Origin: a virus
Lineage: Duplodnaviria; Heunggongvirae; Uroviricota; Caudoviricetes; Demerecviridae
DNA: 64,000 nucleotides
Reading direction: 5' to 3' (one strand)
Virus record (IMG/VR): IMGVR_UViG_2706795139_000001
The number at the start of each line of letters is the position of its first letter. Position 1 is the first letter of the stretch. Positions 19,569-28,817 of the stretch are shown in pieces. The translations under genes were made by a program, and so were the position numbers. The notes under the pieces are model-generated. The model was not told the DNA's origin and ran no database searches. It was given only the letters and a program-made list of their open reading frames with translations.

Positions 19569-20168
19569 TTACTCTTCGTTATACTCCTCGGATTGAGGTA
19601 ACTGAGCTTTATTATATTGCTCAGATCGATATTTTGCCAAGATTTCAGTACGCTTATGAATTTCCTTGCTATCTAGATAGATATTTTTGTTGTCTTTTAC
19701 CATCTCGTCGATTTCATCTATTGAGAAGAACGGATAGTAGACATCTAGCATCATATCTTCTACAAACTTGTTGTAAGATTCATAGGCTTTCTTGATTTCT
19801 TGACCTTTCTCACAGAACCCGCCAGAGAACGTGTGCCCCATTAGCGTAGCATGTGGATGTACTACCCACCCATGACAAGATAGGAAAATTGTGCAGTAAG
19901 CAGAAGCACTAGGACCAATCAGGTGTCCTATAACTGTTCCACGGCAATTAGCAATTAAGTTAGATAACTGTGCAGCAGTATCAACATAACCACCTGGACC
20001 ATTAATCATCAGATTAATTTCGTCGTCCTCATTTGCCTGCATAAGTACCATTGATAAATCACGGTATTCATCCGGTGGGCCTAATTCTTCATCAAAGAAA
20101 AAGGTATACTCGTTAGATTGGCGAATGGAGTGAAACAGGTTAGTCTTTTCTTCTTTTTTATTAGTCAT
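19569..20168 (-). CDS. ClpP-like serine protease (199 aa)
   Basis: NGPGGYV..GPSASAY resembles ClpP GxSxG core. Confidence 0.55.
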   Translation of the reverse strand: MTNKKEEKTNLFHSIRQSNEYTFFFDEELGPPDEYRDLSMVLMQANEDDEINLMINGPGGYVDTAAQLSNLIANCRGTVIGHLIGPSASAYCTIFLSCHGWVVHPHATLMGHTFSGGFCEKGQEIKKAYESYNKFVEDMMLDVYYPFFSIDEIDEMVKDNKNIYLDSKEIHKRTEILAKYRSEQYNKAQLPQSEEYNEE

Positions 20169-20180
20169 AGCGATCCTTGA

Positions 20181-20933
20181 TTATCCAACTAGTGGTTCTA
20201 GCTCTAAGTCACAGAAGTTATAAACTTCTAGTTTAAGGTTATTGATACCATCGAATTTATTAACTAATTCGTGAGTAATATATTTTGCAGGAATACCACT
20301 TTCAGATGGATGATCTGATTTAATAGTGAACTTCTGCTCAGCGGGTACTACATTTACTATCAAAGAATCCATATCTAAATGGTTTGTTTCTCTGAGTAAC
20401 TCTCCTTCATTGGGGAATCTAACATCTGTTATTACGGCGACATCTGGGTCGTCTTTAGCGATGGATTGCTCCAGAATTATGAGCCAAATGCGTTCATGCA
20501 CCAGCTGCCTTCCTAGCTCTGTCCCTACGAGCTGTAACATTTTTCTCGGAGAAATAAATAAACTATAAAGACCATCTTCTTTACTCTCTGAGATAAGTTG
20601 TTGAGGATTAAGATATTTTTCCTCAAAAATAGGCCAAACGTACGAGAAGTCTTCAAACTTATCGATACCATACTTAACCCACACATCTCTAGCTCGCTCC
20701 AACTGAGATTGTGTGACCGTAAACCATTGGTCAATTTCTTTTCCCCTGCGCTCTCCTAGAAACTCTGGAGTTACCCCGAGGATTACGGATGCAAGCTCAT
20801 AAACTGGTTTAGCAAAACTGTAACGACGGGGTAAACACGTTGGATACGTGTCATTACACCAATCGATAATTAATTTTGCAACGGTATCTTTTCCTGCACC
20901 TGCCTCGCCATGTAAACCTACTAATACTGACAT
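20181..20933 (-). CDS. deoxynucleoside monophosphate kinase (250 aa)
   Basis: P-loop GLHGEAGAGKDT; size fits phage dNMP kinase. Confidence 0.65.
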   Translation of the reverse strand: MSVLVGLHGEAGAGKDTVAKLIIDWCNDTYPTCLPRRYSFAKPVYELASVILGVTPEFLGERRGKEIDQWFTVTQSQLERARDVWVKYGIDKFEDFSYVWPIFEEKYLNPQQLISESKEDGLYSLFISPRKMLQLVGTELGRQLVHERIWLIILEQSIAKDDPDVAVITDVRFPNEGELLRETNHLDMDSLIVNVVPAEQKFTIKSDHPSESGIPAKYITHELVNKFDGINNLKLEVYNFCDLELEPLVG

Positions 20934-21286
20934 TAATCTTTCCTATTGTTAATGGGTGGATAGTAAATTAAGCAACGTTTTTCTTGTAAATCTTGGCGAT
21001 AAAAGCAAACCATACTAGTCAATCGTGAGATATATGAATATTCTGCCTCGCGGCATTTTGCCAACATATTCCAATCTTTATATGGTACGACTACTACTAC
21101 GCCATCCTCCCCATTTGTAGCTAATTTCTTTTCGAATTTGAAATCAAAGCTACAAGGTTGAAGTCCTTTAGGCCAGTCCACATGAGCTGTTGGTAGTTCA
21201 TGGGTAGGTTCTGGCTTTATTTCTTGTGCACAGCCTGTGATTGTGATTGCGGCTGCGAGCAGTATTCCAAGTTTTATTTTGTGCAT
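20933..21286 (-). CDS. lipoprotein (117 aa)
   Basis: signal peptide with lipobox ITGC. Confidence 0.5.
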   Translation of the reverse strand: MHKIKLGILLAAAITITGCAQEIKPEPTHELPTAHVDWPKGLQPCSFDFKFEKKLATNGEDGVVVVVPYKDWNMLAKCREAEYSYISRLTSMVCFYRQDLQEKRCLIYYPPINNRKD

Positions 21287-21972
21287 CTACGCACCTCATA
21301 ATGTGTTTCTATGTATTGTTCCACTTCTACTGGAGAAACATTGAAAAACTCTGTACTTCCACTAAACCCCCCATAACTGCATCTTTTATTTTTATAGACA
21401 CTATGTAGGTCAGCTTCGATCTTAGCTGTTTCTTCCTTAGAACCCTTGCCACAAATATAGTAAGATGATACTCTCAGATCTTTAAAACCACTACAAGACT
21501 TAACTTCTAGAAGTCTTTTCTGCACACTCTTACTTATACCTATTTTTATGCCTTTATCTGAAACAAATATGTATAAAAATCCTTGTGTATCCCAAGCTGT
21601 TTTGGCACAATTTGGGCACCCACTATGGTGTAAAACGTGGTTAGTGGTTGTCTCCCACTGATGGGAACATGTATTACATAAAAACTTTAGCTTAGAAGTA
21701 GAATTAGTATATTCACTTAGTAATACGATTTTTCTAGGACTGAGGAGTGAGTTAATCCTGTCTTTGGTTAACTTTTCATTGCCTGCACATTTTGGGCATC
21801 CTCTACCTTTATTTCTGACATTTGTAGGGGCTGTTAACCATGTATTAGAGCATATAAGACACTTAAATTGTGTCTTTGTCTTATTATGTTCATATTCCCC
21901 TACTAATCTTACTGTCCTACCTTGAGCTTCTAAATCTTTATTAAAGATTTCTTTATTTATTTTTACGCTCAT
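21274..21972 (-). CDS. T5orf172-domain (GIY-YIG-like) endonuclease with two Zn ribbons (232 aa)
   Basis: CxxC..CPxC x2; YLYIFVSDKGIKIGISKSVQKRL motif. Confidence 0.65.
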   Translation of the reverse strand: MSVKINKEIFNKDLEAQGRTVRLVGEYEHNKTKTQFKCLICSNTWLTAPTNVRNKGRGCPKCAGNEKLTKDRINSLLSPRKIVLLSEYTNSTSKLKFLCNTCSHQWETTTNHVLHHSGCPNCAKTAWDTQGFLYIFVSDKGIKIGISKSVQKRLLEVKSCSGFKDLRVSSYYICGKGSKEETAKIEADLHSVYKNKRCSYGGFSGSTEFFNVSPVEVEQYIETHYEVRRCTK

Positions 21973-22378
21973 CCCTACAGTACTCCAAGCTACCAGAAAG
22001 ACATGCTAATCTTTCCTCGAATTCCTTACTCTGCTTTTTAGCAATTAATGTAACCAATCCAGGCTTTGCAGCTATAATATCTTGACGACTAAGTGCTTTA
22101 TCAAGCTGATTAATTTTCTTGTCTAGATCTGCTTGCGAAACATTATTCATTGTGAAATACTGATTCATTCGAGTCTCACGAAGTTCACTCTCAGCCCTCA
22201 CATTATTAAGGGAAGTTTCTAGAGAAGAGATCTTTTTAGTAGCTACTGCAAGATCACCTGCTAGAGTCTCAACCTTATTAACTAAGTGATAAGCACCGAA
22301 TCCGATGCCTATCGCCAAACCAGCTCCCAGGATATACCACTTACCTTGCCATAGAGAACTAATAAAGTTTTTTATCAT
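21953..22378 (-). CDS. membrane-anchored coiled-coil protein (141 aa)
   Basis: N-terminal TM, then heptad-like region. Confidence 0.45.
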   Translation of the reverse strand: MIKNFISSLWQGKWYILGAGLAIGIGFGAYHLVNKVETLAGDLAVATKKISSLETSLNNVRAESELRETRMNQYFTMNNVSQADLDKKINQLDKALSRQDIIAAKPGLVTLIAKKQSKEFEERLACLSGSLEYCRDERKNK

Positions 22379-23055
22379 CTTTTCATATTCCTGAATGACG
22401 TAACCGTATCAAATCCATGTGCTGCTAGGCGGTCTTTATCAGAAATGGTAATAATATCTGGTTCTCCTGTTCCAAGTACGCCCCAGATATATTGTTCAAT
22501 TCTCTGGTGTAATCGGTATAAGTTGCTTTCAACTTCCTGCCACGGAATACCTGATAGATGTAGGCGTGGGTTAGTTATAACCTTGAAATACTTATTACTA
22601 TCTTTATCATTTGGAACTACTGAGTCTAGAACCGCTAAAGGTACTCTTAACTCAGCTAAGGCTTCTTCAGCTTTAGAGGTAACTTCTTCTTGCCAGGATA
22701 GAATAGATTCTTTTGGCTTTCCTCTATTTATATCTAGTAGAGAAAATCCCGTTGACCATCCATTCTCTTTCAAAACTTCTAATGCTTTGTCTAGGTTGAA
22801 AGTTTTTACTTGAGTATCCAATACATCAATATGGTACATCCAGTAAATCTCTCCTGCTAGGAAAAACGGTAGAATTTTAAAGTAGCCTTTCTTTTCACCA
22901 ACACGAGCAATCATACGTTCTTGCATAATCATGTAGTTGCCATCATCTGGAGCCTTTATTGTTAGCTCTTCAGTTTTACGCTCCCAAGCACGATCGGGGT
23001 CAAACAAGCTGTTCTGCAAATCGTATACATCTGCCCATTTACTAATAATTCTCAT
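22375..23055 (-). CDS. hypothetical protein (226 aa)
   Basis: ORF track. Confidence 0.55.
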   Translation of the reverse strand: MRIISKWADVYDLQNSLFDPDRAWERKTEELTIKAPDDGNYMIMQERMIARVGEKKGYFKILPFFLAGEIYWMYHIDVLDTQVKTFNLDKALEVLKENGWSTGFSLLDINRGKPKESILSWQEEVTSKAEEALAELRVPLAVLDSVVPNDKDSNKYFKVITNPRLHLSGIPWQEVESNLYRLHQRIEQYIWGVLGTGEPDIITISDKDRLAAHGFDTVTSFRNMKR

Positions 23056-23058
23056 AGT

Positions 23059-23574
23059 TTATCCTCTAAATCCCTCGTAAATAGCAAATTCACCAAAATA
23101 CTCGAATCTTAACTCATTAGCAGTTTCTACTGCTTCTTTAAGATCACTAAAGATTCCGCCATAGATTGTTTTTCTATCTTTAGTAACAGAAACTTGCCAC
23201 TTATTAGCTCTTTTATTCCAACTTACATTTTTGTAACCTGAAGTATTATTAGAGTACTTTGACTTATTGGCATTATTCTGTGATTCAGTAGACTCCCTCA
23301 AGTTATCCCAAACATTATTTGTTGGGTTAATATCTTTATGGTCTATGTTTTCTGGTATATAACCTTTCTTATATAGAAAGGCTAACTGATGAGCATAGTA
23401 AGGTTTTCCATCAATTCTTATAGAAATATACCCATTGGATTTTCCACCAGCTAAACATCCAGCATGTCTGGCATTCCATGCATTATCTAACTCTTTTCTG
23501 AACTTCCACCTAAAATTTCCAATATGTTCATCATACTCCAGAATACTTTTTAGGTATTCTTGTGTTAATTCCAT
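23059..23574 (-). CDS. HNH homing endonuclease (171 aa)
   Basis: IDHKDINPTNNVWDNLRESTESQNNANK. Confidence 0.7.
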   Translation of the reverse strand: MELTQEYLKSILEYDEHIGNFRWKFRKELDNAWNARHAGCLAGGKSNGYISIRIDGKPYYAHQLAFLYKKGYIPENIDHKDINPTNNVWDNLRESTESQNNANKSKYSNNTSGYKNVSWNKRANKWQVSVTKDRKTIYGGIFSDLKEAVETANELRFEYFGEFAIYEGFRG

Positions 23575-23610
23575 AATATAATTGATCCTTTTGCCTCAAT
23601 CTATAAACAT

Positions 23611-23639
23611 ATTATACAATACTTGTGGCATCTGAGCAA
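23611..23639 (-). promoter_or_regulatory. promoter TTGCTC-17-TATAAT
   Basis: sequence pattern. Confidence 0.5.
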
Positions 23640-23649
23640 CTGAAATTTT

Positions 23650-23689
23650 ATTACAAAAATAGCCCAGTCGCAAAATTGCAGGCTGGGCT
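23650..23689 (-). terminator. terminator AGCCCAG..CTGGGCT
   Basis: hairpin plus T-run. Confidence 0.55.
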
Positions 23690-23724
23690 TTGTCATTATT
23701 ATTCTTGCTAGGAGGTGATTATCA

Positions 23725-24072
23725 TCACTCTTGTTTACTTAATTCTCTAGCACGACGTAGCGATCCAGCGGTTCTCCATAGTTTAATGTCGTCAACAACT
23801 TCTTTGTAGGGAGCAATAGTAAGACCTAGCGGCCCCGCTACCAACAGTCCAAAGAAACCAATTACACGCATGTAAAGCAAGCATTCTTTGGGAGTCATTG
23901 ACTGGACAGCCTGTCTTTCCTCAGCACTGTCGAACTCGTGTTCTTGATAGTCTAAACGTAGGTACTTAATAAACCATTCAGCAGAATATTCATCCAGATG
24001 ACGAATAACTGCAATAGCATAGCCTAAACCAATAATAAACCATGCTGCTACAATGAATAAAATAAAGCTCAT
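23725..24072 (-). CDS. membrane protein (start moved to MSFILF, GGAG RBS)
   Basis: 3 hydrophobic helices. Confidence 0.5.
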   Translation of the reverse strand: MSFILFIVAAWFIIGLGYAIAVIRHLDEYSAEWFIKYLRLDYQEHEFDSAEERQAVQSMTPKECLLYMRVIGFFGLLVAGPLGLTIAPYKEVVDDIKLWRTAGSLRRARELSKQE

Positions 24073-24188
24073 GATATCTCCAGTTAAAGTTGAGGTCAGC
24101 GACCAACTCACCACTTACCGCACTAAGGGGCACGACTCCCTTATCCGTAACAGTTGCAGGTGACGCAACTCGGTCCTACGCGAGTTCT

Positions 24189-24473
24189 TTACTTGCTCTG
24201 CATTTCAGCGCGAAACTTTTTCATCTTACGAGTTTTACGGAAGAAGAAGTAAGTAGCTACTGGCCCGAACAAGGTGTCCATGATAAGCATACCTGACATA
24301 ATGAATTTGAACATCTTTTCATCGTCAAATTCTGCTAATTCTGGTGGACGATATTTGTTTATAACATAAAGAATAACATCTTTATTTTTAGAGATATACA
24401 GATCATCAATCAGGCTGTAAATCGCGACAACTGCACCAATAACAAACCACAAAGCAAATGGAGAGATAATCAT
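24189..24473 (-). CDS. membrane protein (94 aa)
   Basis: ORF track. Confidence 0.45.
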   Translation of the reverse strand: MIISPFALWFVIGAVVAIYSLIDDLYISKNKDVILYVINKYRPPELAEFDDEKMFKFIMSGMLIMDTLFGPVATYFFFRKTRKMKKFRAEMQSK

Positions 24474-24763
24474 TTAAGATCCTTTTCATCAATTAGAATA
24501 GTAACAAACAATGGTACACAACCTGGGCACAAATCTTTACCAAACTTTTCCATCACATCCCAAAGTGGTAAAGTAATCACACCATTCTTAACTCTAGGAT
24601 CTGTATACTCAGCTATTCGTTTATTTGCAAAATCAGTAGCTAAATCTGAGTTATGCTCGTAGCTATAATCAGTCCAGAATTTAACATGATCCTTTCTAAG
24701 ATATTCTAGTACAGCATCAGTTGCTGGAATCTGTACTAGACTGTTGAGATTTAGCTCTTTCAC
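24470..24763 (-). CDS. hypothetical protein (97 aa)
   Basis: ORF track. Confidence 0.45.
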   Translation of the reverse strand: MKELNLNSLVQIPATDAVLEYLRKDHVKFWTDYSYEHNSDLATDFANKRIAEYTDPRVKNGVITLPLWDVMEKFGKDLCPGCVPLFVTILIDEKDLK

Positions 24764-25214
24764 GTTCTTCTCTCCGACGTTTGCGTTCTTTCATCATGTA
24801 AGCTGCTACAACTTCATGGTAGTAGTCGTTAATGTTACCTTCAGGCAAGAAATGCTTAATCGTTTCTAGCTGGCAGACAACACGGTAAAGATGTTTATTT
24901 GGTAAACATAATTTCATGCCCATAACAAATCCAGAGAAGCCTGGAACACTGAACATGGGTTGGGCTTCTACGTTGCCCTCTGGATTGATACTAAGTTCAA
25001 TCGAGATGCCCATTTTCATGCTATAAAGCTGACAGCCTTCACCATTGCCAAATCTTGACCAAACAGTGAAGTCCTCATCTATCTGATCTTGGATTTCTTC
25101 GACTGCATGTTTAATTCTAGGGTCTAAATTACTCATCTTCACCTTCAAAGCCGCAGTCATAACGGCAAGTAAAAGAATCAGAACTATTAGTACGTTGAGT
25201 AGTGATTTCACCAC
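24717..25214 (-). CDS. hypothetical protein with N-terminal TM (165 aa)
   Basis: ORF track. Confidence 0.45.
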   Translation of the reverse strand: MVKSLLNVLIVLILLLAVMTAALKVKMSNLDPRIKHAVEEIQDQIDEDFTVWSRFGNGEGCQLYSMKMGISIELSINPEGNVEAQPMFSVPGFSGFVMGMKLCLPNKHLYRVVCQLETIKHFLPEGNINDYYHEVVAAYMMKERKRRREERERAKSQQSSTDSSN

Positions 25215-25494
25215 GTTTACTAACAGTAATAGCCGGAGTAGAGAAGTTTTTATTAGTATAGATTTCTACTTTGCCATTACGTTCTTTAACATCACGTACT
25301 TTACCATATTCGGTGGTAATGCCGTTCTGTTGTATCCTAACACTACCATTTTTCATAGAAACTTTGGTAGATGCCAGAGAACCGAAACTAACTGCTGAGA
25401 TTACTAGAGCAATAATAAACTTATTCATCTTCATCGTCCTCTTTACAGTCACGGCATACATCATAATCATTGAAAGAATGTTCGTGAGCTTCAC
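25129..25494 (-). CDS. secreted protein (121 aa)
   Basis: signal peptide. Confidence 0.4.
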   Translation of the reverse strand: MKLTNILSMIMMYAVTVKRTMKMNKFIIALVISAVSFGSLASTKVSMKNGSVRIQQNGITTEYGKVRDVKERNGKVEIYTNKNFSTPAITVSKRGEITTQRTNSSDSFTCRYDCGFEGEDE

Positions 25495-25702
25495 ACCACC
25501 AAGAACAAGAATCGCACAAGAAAATTTCTGTTTTCTCTATTGACTGTCCAAGCAGTTCGTCTGCTTCATCTTCTGTGATTTTCAAACTACAAACATCAGC
25601 AACACGTTTAACAATCATTTTACCTGCTTCATGATAAGACATACAAGTCCCAACAACATCATGCTCAAGTACATGAACAGCACAGTCTAAGTGAGTTTTC
25701 AT
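25421..25702 (-). CDS. Cys-rich protein (93 aa)
   Basis: CxxC pairs. Confidence 0.45.
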   Translation of the reverse strand: MKTHLDCAVHVLEHDVVGTCMSYHEAGKMIVKRVADVCSLKITEDEADELLGQSIEKTEIFLCDSCSWWCEAHEHSFNDYDVCRDCKEDDEDE

Positions 25703-25733
25703 TTCAAAGCCCTCTCTATCAATTTATATAAAT

Positions 25734-25762
25734 ATTATATCAATAAAGAGGCTCTTTAGCAA
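25734..25762 (-). promoter_or_regulatory. T5-type promoter TTGCTA-17-TATAAT
   Basis: sequence pattern. Confidence 0.6.
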
Positions 25763-25779
25763 ATGAATTATTTACGAAA

Positions 25780-26127
25780 TTAGTCGTAGCACCACCATAA
25801 ACCACGCTTACGCATGTCATGGTCGCGATTATAATCATAATTTTCTGGATCTTTCATCACGCGGTGGAGTTCTTGACGATTCCCTTGACGAACCATTTTA
25901 TTAGAATGCCACTTAACATTCTTACTAATAGAATTCCAGTTATAACCATCCTTTTTCTCATTACGAATGGTTGCTTCCTTCATTTCTTTTTTGATGTCGT
26001 CCCAAGATTTGGCATAAGTAACACGAATGTAGTAGCCACTTGCTTTGAGGAAAGTATATCCCTGGGTGTAATTAGCTTTAGACTTCCACCACTGATCACC
26101 AGTTTGTCTACGATAAGTACGGCTCAT
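25780..26127 (-). CDS. Trp-rich hypothetical protein (115 aa)
   Basis: ORF track. Confidence 0.45.
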   Translation of the reverse strand: MSRTYRRQTGDQWWKSKANYTQGYTFLKASGYYIRVTYAKSWDDIKKEMKEATIRNEKKDGYNWNSISKNVKWHSNKMVRQGNRQELHRVMKDPENYDYNRDHDMRKRGLWWCYD

Positions 26128-26194
26128 ATTACCTCCATTAAGTCTTTTAAATTAACCTAATGTGGATGAATTTTATTATACATAAACTATTTTC

Positions 26195-26240
26195 CTGTAC
26201 ACAGAAAAACCCCAGACTACTTATTCAATAGCTGGGGTTT
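26195..26240 (-). terminator. terminator AAACCCCAG..CTGGGGTTT
   Basis: hairpin. Confidence 0.55.
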
Positions 26241-26248
26241 GTTATTAA

Positions 26249-26563
26249 TTACAGATCGGGGCGTTCATCTTCGAAACAGCCTGAGCTAATTCCTTCTCCG
26301 AATCCTACAAAGCCATCAAATTCGTCATTTGAGATGCCCATAATCATTGCTTCCATTTTCCTAATCTCCGAGATTTTCATGCCTGCTTTACTATTCTTAT
26401 AGTACTTGCGAGGGTTCCCACACATCCAACAAGAACAGATGCAAGGAGTAGTAGTGATAATACCTAACCGTTTAGGGCTTTCTTCATGTGGGAAGACTGT
26501 CCAATACTTTTTGCGATTGTTCTTCACACGTTGCCGGTGATGGCGTCTCAATGCTCGATCCAC
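26249..26563 (-). CDS. hypothetical protein (104 aa)
   Basis: ORF track. Confidence 0.45.
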   Translation of the reverse strand: MDRALRRHHRQRVKNNRKKYWTVFPHEESPKRLGIITTTPCICSCWMCGNPRKYYKNSKAGMKISEIRKMEAMIMGISNDEFDGFVGFGEGISSGCFEDERPDL

Positions 26564-26644
26564 ACATTTCTCCTAAAACTTGGGAGATAAATGGAGTTTG
26601 CTCGACTACCTTGCGTAGCTGGGAGAAATCGTATCCAAACCCCA

Positions 26645-27013
26645 TTACATCGCCTGAGTAAATGTACGACTAATAACGTCGTTCTGTTGTTCACGAGTCA
26701 GTGCGTTAAAACGTACAGCGTACCCTGAAACACGGATAGTTAATTGAGGGTATTTTTCAGGATGTTTCTGTGCATCCAAAAGCTGATCACGACTTAACAC
26801 ATTGACATTTAGGTGCTGACCTCCCTCGATTTGAGGAACTACTTCCACCTTGACTTCACGGAAGGATTCGGGGTCAAAATGTGGTGTGATACCTTCTAGA
26901 TCCTCAACCAGAACTTTTTGTTTAAGTTCACCATCTTTAGAGTACAGTTGAATAATCTGATTATCATGAACAAGATTAATTACGCCAGACTTAAGATTTT
27001 GATATGCTTTCAT
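26645..27013 (-). CDS. GrcA/YfiD-like autonomous glycyl-radical cofactor (start moved to MKAYQN, AGGAG RBS)
   Basis: C-terminus [48 protein letters not shown] is near-identical to the E. coli GrcA glycyl-radical domain. Confidence 0.75.
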   Translation of the reverse strand: MKAYQNLKSGVINLVHDNQIIQLYSKDGELKQKVLVEDLEGITPHFDPESFREVKVEVVPQIEGGQHLNVNVLSRDQLLDAQKHPEKYPQLTIRVSGYAVRFNALTREQQNDVISRTFTQAM

Positions 27014-27026
27014 TAGCTCTCCTGTT

Positions 27027-27102
27027 TGGTAGTTAGTAGTGGATTTGAACCACTGTAGTCGCTCCGTATGAAGGAGGTGCATAACCACTCTGCCAACTAA
27101 CT
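27027..27102 (-). tRNA. tRNA-Met/Ile2 (anticodon CAT), elongator-type
   Basis: hand-folded cloverleaf; 7-bp acceptor, T-loop GGTTCAAATCC, encoded CCA. Confidence 0.7.
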
Positions 27103-27198
27103 ATTATGTTTTACTAGGCTAAGTAAGTATTCTTTATACTCTTTAGACCAACTAGCTTTTTTAAACTTTCCTGGACGCATAGCCTTAATTCCTAGATT

Positions 27199-27275
27199 TG
27201 GTACTCCGGGAGGGATTTAAACCCCCGATCTCTCGGTTATCAGCCGAGTGCTTTAGATCGCTAAGCTACCGAAGC
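27199..27275 (-). tRNA. tRNA-Ile (GAT)
   Basis: cloverleaf; anticodon loop CTGATAA; CCA encoded. Confidence 0.7.
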
Positions 27276-27290
27276 ATTAAAATATTTACA

Positions 27291-27581
27291 TCACACACTG
27301 TCTAAGTAAGAAGTATAGTGGAATTTAGTTTCTCCAGTATTATCTACTTCTACCTCAGTTCGTGGTACTTGACGAACCACACCATGAATCATCTTATATC
27401 GGATGCCTCTAGCTGGTTCATGATCTTTTGGAAATACTTGTTTAACCGTCACTACTTTATATTCTTCACGCGGTGTTAGCACTACTACTTGATCACCCTC
27501 TTTGATTTTCCAAGAAGATGGAAATTCATAGGTGTATCTTTGACCACCGGTAAGGAATATAACAGAAAGATAACGTTTCAT
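27291..27581 (-). CDS. hypothetical protein (96 aa)
   Basis: ORF track. Confidence 0.45.
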   Translation of the reverse strand: MKRYLSVIFLTGGQRYTYEFPSSWKIKEGDQVVVLTPREEYKVVTVKQVFPKDHEPARGIRYKMIHGVVRQVPRTEVEVDNTGETKFHYTSYLDSV

Positions 27582-27611
27582 TTGGTTTCCCTCTCATTAA
27601 TTTATATAAAT

Positions 27612-27640
27612 ATTATAGCAATAAATAAGAGAGAAAGCAA
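27612..27640 (-). promoter_or_regulatory. T5-type promoter TTGCTT-17-TATAAT
   Basis: sequence pattern. Confidence 0.55.
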
Positions 27641-27987
27641 ATGAGTTTTTCTTGAAATTGGTAGCGGGTTCCAGTACTGCCCTGGACTTACTTAGCTTAT
27701 GAGACTAAGAAGAACTCTATGCCTCCCACCCGCAATTGTTTGGTCATTCTAGGCAGGACTCGAACCTGCTATCACTTGTGCGGACTTACGAGAACCATTC
27801 TTTCACTCGAATCGAACGAGCTTCTGCCCTCGCCAAGTTGGTTTCCCCATCAACCACGCTAGAATGTTAGATTGTTTTCAGTGCAAGAGTCCGAGTCTTG
27901 GACACGACCGCTTCGCAAGTACATAGGCAGCTTATCATGAGTCAGCACTTCCGAATTGCTAGCTCCGTGTTCTGCACTGAAATTCTG

Positions 27988-28335
27988 TTAGTTTAATCGT
28001 AAAGTATTATCTACTTCACCATTAATTGTTCGGCATTCCTCTGGGATTGCCGGGGTGGCCTTGTATTCCCACCACTCAGCACCATCATATTCCCCACGTT
28101 CTAGCCAAGTTCCATCGGCAAACCATACATTACCATAAAGTAATTGTCCACCGTATCCAGAATCATATTCAAAGTCTAGGTTATTAAGAAAATCCTCAAT
28201 GTATTCTTCTGTATAACCTAAAGGTAATACCCAAACTTTTTTATCCCCATAATACCCGAATTCTATTTTAATACACTTAACTTTAGAATTGGTATTTTTT
28301 AAGGCGAGTAACAGCTCTTCTTTAGCATTACGCAT
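27988..28335 (-). CDS. hypothetical protein (115 aa)
   Basis: ORF track. Confidence 0.45.
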   Translation of the reverse strand: MRNAKEELLLALKNTNSKVKCIKIEFGYYGDKKVWVLPLGYTEEYIEDFLNNLDFEYDSGYGGQLLYGNVWFADGTWLERGEYDGAEWWEYKATPAIPEECRTINGEVDNTLRLN

Positions 28336-28360
28336 AGTATATTCTCATACTGAATTATTT

Positions 28361-28437
28361 TGGCGCGACCGATGGGATTTGAACCCACATTCCCTCCCGT
28401 GACAGGGGAGTACCATTACCAAGCCAGCCCCGGTCGC
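28361..28437 (-). tRNA. tRNA-Asp (GTC)
   Basis: cloverleaf; anticodon loop CTGTCAC; T-loop GGGTTCAAATCC; CCA. Confidence 0.75.
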
Positions 28438-28446
28438 ATAATTTAT

Positions 28447-28632
28447 TTACTCAGCTTTGAGTTTTTCAATAGCTGCATTAAGTTCTTTAAGAAACTCTTT
28501 TCGTACATTAAGACGATTGAGACTTACTAGTATATCATGTTTAAGTTCTTCGATGTATTTCTTCTCAACTTCAATATTGTTGATAGTGCTATCACGATGA
28601 ACTTCTAGCTGCGCAATCACATTCTTGGACAT
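28447..28632 (-). CDS. hypothetical coiled-coil protein (61 aa)
   Basis: ORF track. Confidence 0.35.
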   Translation of the reverse strand: MSKNVIAQLEVHRDSTINNIEVEKKYIEELKHDILVSLNRLNVRKEFLKELNAAIEKLKAE

Positions 28633-28734
28633 GCTTGTTTCCTCAGTTATTAATGAAAATGGTATCTGTGGCTGAATTCGATGTCAGCAATGATAGCTGG
28701 TTGGCTACCGGTTTACTTAACTCTACACAGAATT

Positions 28735-28817
28735 TGGCGGGCCGTGTAGGATTCGAACCTACGTTGTCTTTCGACACGGATTAACAATCCGCCGCCAAAC
28801 CGCTTGGCTAACGACCC
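28735..28817 (-). tRNA. tRNA-Asn (GTT) with unusually long variable arm (83 nt)
   Basis: anticodon arm CGGATTGTTAATCCG nearly identical to E. coli tRNA-Asn; extra GTCGAAAGAC hairpin. Confidence 0.6.

Noticed and set aside
27659-27733. Candidate third CAT-anticodon tRNA
   Set aside because: Only 6 of 7 acceptor pairs, a non-canonical T-loop (GGCAGTA) and two nucleotides before CCA; left as uncertain.
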